NCBI GenBank assembly: GCA_002189035.1
Contig: CM007991.1
Location: 310,001 to 374,000, forward strand
Direction of reading: 5' to 3'
From: Utricularia gibba
Taxonomy: Eukaryota; Plantae; Magnoliophyta
DNA length: 64,000 bases
Part shown: piece by piece, positions 55,557-64,000 of the stretch
How the letters are laid out: the number at the start of each line of letters is the position of its first letter
Position numbering within the stretch: the first letter of the stretch is position 1
Notes under the pieces: generated by a model
What the model saw: only the letters and a program-made list of their open reading frames with translations
Told to the model about the DNA's origin: nothing
The model's database searches: none
Made by a program: the position numbers and the translations under genes

Positions 55557-56891
55557 GAATGGGGGAACAACTCAAGGGCTTTTCTTTGTGTTTTCCGTTA
55601 GCCCCGCAAAAATCATATTATTATTATTATTTGTCACATGCCTCAAAAAAAAAAAAAAAAAAAAAAATGAAAGGAAAGTGAGCGAAGCATTTAACATTGG
55701 CTTATTCCTTTTTTTTTTATTCATGCTATTGTAGTAGCATCACTCCAATGTATCATTTGATGACGTGTACAATAAAATTAATCATTTTTAATATTATTTT
55801 TTATCTTAATAAATAAAAATAAATTGAGATTTATTATTTTTAGGGTGATTTGTAAATGACCCTAAAATTTCAATTTACTATCCCACCTGTTTAGCTAAAG
55901 TCAAATGTGTGCTAATATATGATTTTAATATATATTTTTATTTAATAAAAAGAGTTTTATTATAAATTTAAAAAACATGGATGTATTTCAATAATTACAA
56001 GAAAGATTCTTCTTGATACAAAGAATTCTCATTGAATAAATATTATGTTGTAACTGATGATGATAAAGATGAATTTTAGATGAGAAAAAAACTAGATCAA
56101 ATATAAATTATATAAAATAAATGATGACTTTTTATATTATTCCTTTAGAATGCAATAATTTTCAAATTACGATGATCCATGTTGGTCACAGTATATTTTA
56201 ATTTTCATTTAGAATCAATTGTGTTGAATCATATAATTTTTAATTTTGAAGATATTTAATTTCGAAATATTATTGTGGAAAACGAAAATATATTATCCAT
56301 ATTCAAATAAAATCTAGTTTATATTAAATTGACTATCAAATGAGATTTATTAAAACCATTTAAAATCTGAGTTGCGTGGGGGTGATCAAAATGAATTATT
56401 TTGAGGGCTGAATTTGGGGAACCGGGAACAAGAACGATGACCGGCGGCCATTGCCGCCATTAGCGCTGCGGATGTTTTCCGACACTCATATCCATTTTGT
56501 CCCTCAAAGATCTGATCCTTGCCTCTAGGAGATGGTTCTCGGACGGCAATACTGTATAAGGCTTCTGGCGTCGAAAGGAGCAATTCATTGCGCTACTCGT
56601 TTGACTTACCTAATTATGTATAAATTTTTTTTTACTTGCTAGTGTTCCACCTGATCTCTTCGACGTCAACCGTTTTATCCCTCAAAGGGAAAGTTTTTGC
56701 TTCGGGGAAACTCTTTTTCTGGAGCAATGCTTCAGTGTGGTTGTTTCAATTTTTAATGTGTTTATGGGCTTCCCGTGTTTGAGCCTGGCTATTTTCTTCT
56801 TACTGGGAAGTCATGATCTGCTAGGTTTCTGGTGAATGTGCTGCGAAATCATTTAACTGGGACGCCGGTTACTTGGTTTGATTATGAAGAA

Positions 56892-59424
56892 ATGGAGTCC
56901 GGCAGCAGGGATGAAGTGAATAGCACAAATTTAGAGCCTACGCATGATGTAGAATTCGATTCTCATGAGGCAGCTTATGAATATTACAGGCACTATGCTA
57001 AGTCGGTAGGTTTTGGAACAGCGAAATTGAGCAGTAGGCGCTCAAGGGCGTCAAAAGAGTTCATAGATGCTAAATTCTCTTGCATTAGGTATGGGAACAG
57101 GCAGCAATCAGATGATGCTATTAATCCCAGGCCTTCGCCTAAGATTGGATGTAAAGCCAGCATGCATGTGAAAAGAAAACCCAGTGGGAAGTGGTATATT
57201 CATACTTTTGTTAAGGAGCATAACCATGATCTGTTACCTGCACAAGTTCATTTTTTTAGAAGCCACAAGAGTACTGATACATCAAATAGTGATTTCAAAA
57301 CCAGGAAGAAGAAAGTAGTAAGTGGTGGTTTGAACCAGTTTGGTATTTATCAGTTTCCATCTTCTAGTATAGAGAATGTGATCCGCAATCAGCATGATAA
57401 AGGGCGGTTTTTAAATTTAGAAGATGGTGATGCACAGGTTGTTCTTGAGTTTTGTGAGCACATGCACCACGAAAATCCAAATTTCGTTTATGCAATAGAC
57501 TTAAATGAGGGCCACCGTCTGAGAAATATATTTTGGGTTGATGCCAAGGGTTTGGAGGATTATGCATACTTTGGTGATGTCGTTTCATTTGATACAACCT
57601 ATTTTGTCAACAAGTACCGAGTCCCGTTAGTTATCTTCGTTGGAGTGAATCACCATATGCAGCCAACATTGTTTGGTTGTGCTCTTATTGCTGATCTGAC
57701 GTTGCATACATTTGTTTGGTTGATGCAATCTTGGTATTTTGCAATGGGAGGACGGAGTCCTAAGGTTCTTCTTTCTGACCAAAATGAGACCATCAAAGCT
57801 GCTGTACAGTTTGTCCTCCCAGAGACTCATCATTTTTTTCACTTGTGGAGTGTTTTGGAAAAAATACCGCGACGGGTTGACTACCTCAGTGTTTGGCTTG
57901 AAACCATTGTAAAGAAGCTCGATAAATGCATATACAGATCTTGGAATGAAGAGCAGTTCGACAAAAGGTGGTGGAAATTGATCGAAAGATGCAACCTCCA
58001 GGAAGATGAATGTATGCAGAGTTTGTATGAAGACAGAAAACTCTGGGTGCCTGCTTTGATGACGAACATTTCTTTTGCCGGGCTATCGGTCGCTTCAAGA
58101 TCTGAAAGTTTGAACTCTCTCTTTGACAGATATATCCATGGAGAAACTTCTCTGATGGAGTTTTTAGGGAGGTATAAATCAATAATTGGAGACAGATACG
58201 AAGAGGAGTCCAAAGCAAATTTTGATGCTTGGCATGAAACTCCGGAGCTAAAGTCACCTTCTCCTTTTGAAAAGCAAATGCAATTTATCTACACACCTGA
58301 AATTTTCAGTAAGTTTCAAATAGAGGTTCTCGGAGCGGCTGCATGCCACCTAAAGAAAGAGAAGGAAGATGGATCTATTGTTTTATATGTGGTGAAAGAT
58401 TTTGAGAATAATCTTGATTTTATGGTTAAGTGGGATGAACGGGGATCAGATATACATTGTTCATGTTGTTCATTTCAATACAAAGGCTATCTTTGCAGGC
58501 ATGCTATTGTTGTTCTACAAATGAGTGGTGTTTTTAGTGTGCCATTCAAGTTTGTGCTGCAAAGATGGACAAATGTTGCCACAAGCAAAGCGCCCTTAAG
58601 CGAAAGATTGGAGGATGTTCAAGCTAAGGTTCGGCGTTACAATGACCTCTGCAGACGGGCAATAATATTGGGTGAAGAAGGTTCATTATCACATGAAAGT
58701 TACAACACCGCCTGCAATGCCATCCACGAAGCTCTTGCTCAATGTAGTAACAAAAACAAGAATTGCAACAACGACCCAAGGCTGAATCTTCCAACACCGC
58801 CGGCCACCCAAGTTTCTCCTGGTTTGGAGCATGTGAATGTATTTTCCTCACAGCAACATCCAATTGTCACTGGTGCAACTAATGCCGGTGGAGCTTCCAA
58901 AAGAGCGAATTCTGATAAGGAACCTGGAGACTGTGGTGGGAGCGGAGTCTCTAACAAGAAAGGGAAGGTTGGTATCTCACCCTCAGCCCTTTGTTTCTTC
59001 ACAGTCGCTTCTTCAGTCAAGTTTTCAACACATTTTCCATCTTCAGTCTATTATTCAGGTACCCATAGATCCACAAATTGCCAGCATTGGAACTCAAGGC
59101 ATCTTCCAACACATGGTTTGTTTCAAACTTCCTCATTAACCTGTGCAAAATTCTCAACCTGCAATATCAGGGGTTCCTTTTTGGGCCTCTCCCCAATATT
59201 GTATTCTGTTCCCCCTAATCTCCCTGCAACACAAGTTTTTGCCTTTCTCTGGCGTATGGGCGACTGAGTGTTCTCCAATAATGCAGTCTCAGGATACGAC
59301 AAGCCAGATGGATTATGCTGCAGCTGCACTGTGCCCCACACGACTTCTGACAACCTTGTTACGAGGTGGTGAACTGTCTAAGAGAGGAGTGGAGATGCTG
59401 GGACAAATGCTGGAGCACCAGTGA
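56892..59424 (+). CDS. FRS4: FAR1-RELATED SEQUENCE 4 (MULE-derived transcription factor: FAR1, MULE core, SWIM); 3' exon structure uncertain
   Basis: YAKSVGFGTAKLSSRRSRASKEFIDAKFSCIRYG..SDDAINPR..KIGCKASMHVK is the FRS4 N-terminus as recalled. VVSFDTTY, SESLNS, KSPSPFEKQM, SWIM CSCCSFQYKGYLCRH. Large exon to 58967, small exon from 59059; the end coordinate is tentative. Confidence 0.9.
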
Positions 59425-59952
59425 TGGATGGAGCAGAGCTGCCGGATGCGCCTCTGCGATACAAACCAAACCTTTTTTTCGTGTTATTTGTGTAAAATAG
59501 TTTGTTGCAGATCCGGGATGAGCTACAGCTTCATTAATGACTGGGATTTAGGGAGACTTCTCAACCCTCACACGGAATATAATATAGTTAAAGGTGATAT
59601 TTTTAAAATTAGATTCAAATATACATATTATTTTAATATTTATTTATAATTATTAAATAACGAAAATAATATTTTTTTAATAACTTTTCTATTTCAAAAT
59701 GTTGGTCATCATTCGGGGACCTATTTATACTAAATTTTATTTTTTTACTAAAATTATTAAATAAAATAAAAATATAGTTAAAATTACCTTATTCTGTCTT
59801 TATTTAAAATGAAAATTTGAGCTACCGTAAATAAAATTTTATATAAAATTAATTATAAAATATTACTTAAAATCAATCAACAAACATGCAAACATACGAC
59901 TGATTTTTGGAAAAACAAAAATAATCCAATTTCCGCATATCGCCCCCGGGGG

Positions 59953-60726
59953 TCAAGTTTCCCAGTGGAATATGTTGAAGAACCGTAGATCCAGCTTGCA
60001 CTTCACGTTAGATGTGGTAGCGGACGACGCCGTTTTCCCTGAAGAGATGGGGATTTTGATGCCGTTGCAGGTAACCCTTATTCCAAACCTGGGGGTCCTC
60101 GCGGTCCCGATTCCTGCCCTGATTTTGGTTTCCATCTCCATCCTCAATGCCAGACTCTTCCTCCTCAGGCTTGATTTCAACCACGCGAGATCCTTCGCGT
60201 CGAGTTGATCGGTTTGCGCGCGCGCGACGACAGCGCTCAGTCTAGTCACACTCTTATTCTGAGCGAAGCTGGAGAAGGATCCCTGGCCGACATCGACGTT
60301 TCCGGAGAATAGCCGAACAGTCGTTTGGTCGTACATCAAGGTGATTTTGCGATTAGAATTGGTCGCGATGAGGGAGATGTTGAAGGAGGATGCCATCGCG
60401 GAGGCGTCGGTGAGGTTGAAGTAGGACAGATGGAGAGAGTCGAGGGAGAAGGAAGGCCTGCGTGGTTGATAAATGAAGTAAAACACCGCGCCTGCGACGG
60501 CAGCGAGGAAGAGGATGCCAATGAGCGTTGCGGTCGTCCAGAGGCAGAGCCTACAGCAGCTGGCGCTCCGACGTGGTTGTGGTGGTCTATAGGGTGGACG
60601 CCGGCCGGCATTGTTGCTAAGCGGCTGCGCCTTAGTCGCGGGAAACGCAGGATTCGCTCTCGGTGCCGGTCCCGCTCCCGGCGGCGGCGGCGGCGGTTTG
60701 GCTGAGGGATGCACTTTGTCGGCCAT
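59953..60726 (-). CDS. NDR1/HIN1-like (LEA_2 domain) single-pass membrane protein, intronless
   Basis: MADKVHPSAKP, Pro-rich N-terminus, CCRLCLW plus TM segment, YQPRRPSF, NSNRKI..YD, GIRVTC..KCKLDLR. Confidence 0.9.
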   Translation of the reverse strand: MADKVHPSAKPPPPPPGAGPAPRANPAFPATKAQPLSNNAGRRPPYRPPQPRRSASCCRLCLWTTATLIGILFLAAVAGAVFYFIYQPRRPSFSLDSLHLSYFNLTDASAMASSFNISLIATNSNRKITLMYDQTTVRLFSGNVDVGQGSFSSFAQNKSVTRLSAVVARAQTDQLDAKDLAWLKSSLRRKSLALRMEMETKIRAGIGTARTPRFGIRVTCNGIKIPISSGKTASSATTSNVKCKLDLRFFNIFHWET

Positions 60727-62065
60727 GTGTTGCCGATCTATGATCGGAGTCGAATCCAGTTGTTCTTCCGCCGGGGAGTGAATTGAATGGGAGCACTAAA
60801 TAGAATAGAATAGCGGATGCCGGCGAATTGAATTAAATTGAATTGGAGTAGAGACGGGGAAACGCAACATTGACAGAAGTAGCAGCCAGATGGCAACAGC
60901 TCATCTAACGGGGGAAAAATAAAATTATAAAAACAAAAACAAAAACCATTTACCTTCCTTGGGGGTTCTAGGGTTGTAGGCCATGCTATTTATTGGATGG
61001 ACAATTAAATCTAATAAAAATGGTATAATTTAATTAATGATATATTTAAATTATTTTTGTTATATAAATATGTATCATACATTAAAAATAAGAACATACA
61101 ATAGTGATAATTAAATATTCAAAATGAATAATATCATACTAAATAAATATGAATACGACATATTATTTTATGTATTTAAATATCACATATTTAATATATC
61201 TAATTTGACGTATCTTCATAATACTTGTTGAGCATGGTGCATAATTAATATTCAAAATATTACTCTTTAAAATCAAGCAAAACTAATTTCATGGTATTCG
61301 CCATCGCTGTCAGCCACCCATTACCCACCACCACCACCACCGCCACTTGTTGACTGTCGCCCACCGATGCAGCTTGACCAGGGTTGGTGGTGAAATTTGG
61401 ATGAAAATTAACATTTAATGATGGAAATTAATTTTTCCAAATATTAAAATAATAAAATAAAAAACATCTCAACATACCTTAAACATATCATTTCTATTAA
61501 ATAATAGAAATTAAACACGCTGTTTTGAGAAATAGTAAAAACTTTTGACGTAAAAAGGTATCATTTTTAAAACCATCGTGTCCCCATTCTTGCACGTGGA
61601 CTGCTGAAGCAATCAAAATCTTTGTAAGAATGGGGACAGACCGCATCTTTCTTTTCTTACACCTGGCCTCTCCGTGGCCCAAACCTTGACTAGTTATTTT
61701 TTTTGGCTCACAGATCCGACTGCTTGGGGGAAAATGGCATCCTGAGGCTACAGGAGGGCAATGGTAAATGATGAAGCTCCATCACAATGATAAATGTTCA
61801 AAACAGAAACTGGTCTCCTTTACAGACCATGAAGCGAGCAAGCAATGAGGTGATTGCTGCTTGCTTTCTCATACCAAATGGGCATGTGGTGCTGACCCTC
61901 TCTGCTTTGGTAACCATACAATCTCACTTAGTTAGAGGTGTAGGTGGGTGGCTTCCACTTCCGGAGTTGGATGCTGTGTGGTGTTGCATATATCAATCTC
62001 TGTACAACTTCATCTCAAGACGCCCAAGGAAAAATATATCCTGGGTGTTGTCTGCTTGTACTAGA

Positions 62066-64000
62066 CTAGCTGCAGATAGCCTCCACCGATAGCTTTTTCA
62101 TGACACTGGGGCAGGGGTCACCGCCAAAGATCTCTGGTGTGATCGGCACCGTGCAGGATCTTGACCGACACAGTACTGTGGAAGGCGGGAGGAGTCTATG
62201 AGCTCGAGTTCCATTTAAGTAGAGGAAATAGGATGAGATGGCTACGTACCCTCTGGAAAACATCGTAGGAGTGGAAGGCATGGCAGCTTCCCTCTCTGTA
62301 GTTCTGGCAGCTCCCCTCAGGTGTTCCAAAGCTGGCGAATTTGATGGAGGAAATCTTTTGGCCTGCAGAGCACGAGAGGTGCGCTTTGGGCCTCAATGGC
62401 TTGTTCACTTTCCCTGATGAGAGTAACTGCCAGTTCACCAAAGTTGGTTGCCACTCGTGTATGTCAGCGCACACACTTGACACTCCTCTTTTCACCAAGG
62501 AAATGCCGCTGGGATCACCTCCCCACTCTTCGAACACGGCCAGAAGATTCCCTGTTGGGTAAAGCCACGAGCGAGGAACATGGTACCTGAGAGTTGAGTG
62601 TGTGCCATAGATATCAGATATGAAAATGTAGAATCCGGTGTAGAAATCAAAGACATGACTGTGAGGTGAGCATTACCATCTCTGTGAAGCTTCACCACAG
62701 TTCCTGAGGCATTTTTTCTCATCAAACCAACCAGCGTAGTTGCAGGGTGCACAGTTTCCGGATGCTTTGTACTCATTCCAGTAGCGCCCAATGCTCTGGC
62801 CATTGATCCAGATTTGGCCTTTGCTCATGGTATTCATATCTAGAGCCAATGGCTCATCTCCATCAGGGGCATTGAAAGTGGTCTGCACACGGATAGTTTA
62901 ACAAAACATGAATGAGTACTTTCATGGACATTCCCTTAAGTTCACATGCATTTAAGCATGCTTACCTTGTACCAAGTCAGTGGCTGTCTACGACTGACGT
63001 AAGAACCCTCCATCCACTCCACGGAACTGCTTCCAGTTACTGTGTGTAGACTCAAGAATTCTCCCTTCAGACCAATCTGCCGAAGAGAACAAGAAACTGG
63101 GTTAGTGATATTAGAGGATGATTCCAAGAGAAGCATCTTGAGCTCTAAAGACAAACCTGGTAAGTCCATTTCTGCCATGTCAAGTCTCTTTTCCCTTCAT
63201 TCAGACCGGTGAGGGAAACAGGACCAAGCACACCAGCATTCCATGTTTCGAAATGTGTGCCAACATTCTGCAAAAACAATGCTTGGAAATGAAAGACTTC
63301 CTCATGTTTAAGGAGAAAAGTGAAGAACATTTAAGGACACTGCATAGAGTTTTTTGTTGAAGAAAAGAAAGGAAGACGAACCGGGAGGCCAACTGCAATG
63401 CTTAGAAGCTCAATTTGGTTTACTCCAGCTTTGAGATTCACACCGTTACTGAAGGTTAGTCTAGGCTCTTCCAGCCTTCCATAAGCAGTTCCTGCAAAAT
63501 TTTGACAACTGATGTGAAGCCAACAATGGGATATCCAGAAAACCCATGGTCAAGATGGGATCACGTCAATGACATCTCCGGGTTATTGAATAGTTGTCTT
63601 ACCAGCTAGTTCTCCATTGACAAAGACATGCAGAGCATGGCCTGCGGAGAGCACTGTAAGAACAGGCCACTTCCCATTTTTGAGAAAATTTTCACTAGAG
63701 TCTATGACCACCCTGCGTAATGTATATGAAGGTAAGAATACTGTTAGAAAAAGAATGGAAACTTTATTCAATGGATGTTCTAAAGTCAATGGTAACTTAC
63801 TCTGTGCTATACCACAGATAATCTGTGTTGTCTCTGGTGATGTTAACCTGTTCAACTAACCCAACAACCGAAAACAAATTGCCATGATGCAACGCAGTCT
63901 CTTCGAAGTATGAGTTCCAACTGAAGTCCTTGATTACAGTATCCATCTTCATTTGTGCGGTTTGAGAACCAATCTACATAGGAAAATTCATAATTACTTG
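62066..64000 (-). CDS. BGAL: Beta-galactosidase (GH35, BGAL1/3 type with C-terminal galactose-binding lectin domain); 3' part only; apparent 1-bp deletion at ~62161
   Basis: [118 protein letters not shown]. Confidence 0.94.

Noticed and set aside
56892-59424. FRS4 as an active Mutator transposon
   Set aside because: It matches a conserved domesticated host gene and has no TIRs or TSD.

Overview
Gene-dense eudicot nuclear DNA with 14 protein-coding genes: PME1-type pectin methylesterase, alanine aminotransferase, proteasome alpha-5 (PAE), FYVE-type FAB1 PI3P 5-kinase, ARID4, group VII ERF, short PPR-DYW, NOC1/SWA2, a COP1-interacting-protein-related gene, 13-LOX, the TFIIIC B-block-binding subunit, FRS4, an NHL/LEA_2 gene and the 3' part of a GH35 beta-galactosidase. 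Most introns are about 70-110 nt and spacers are short. I found no supportable transposon, RNA gene or CRISPR array. About a dozen single-base frameshifts, nearly all one base missing from a short homopolymer, break up to 10 of the 14 genes, including essential ones. This looks like consensus error, not biology. Lesions that do not fit that pattern are two in-frame stops in the CIP-like gene and a +1 insertion in an AT-drifted FAB1. I cannot claim a clearly new system. The best leads are a B-box just upstream of the TFIIIC B-block-binding subunit gene, a possible frame-rescuing GC-AG donor and a uORF in ARID4, a G4-flanked candidate antisense promoter at the ARID4 3' end, and two unexplained islands at 40.2-42.0 kb. 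Family assignments and Arabidopsis locus IDs are from memory, not from searches.
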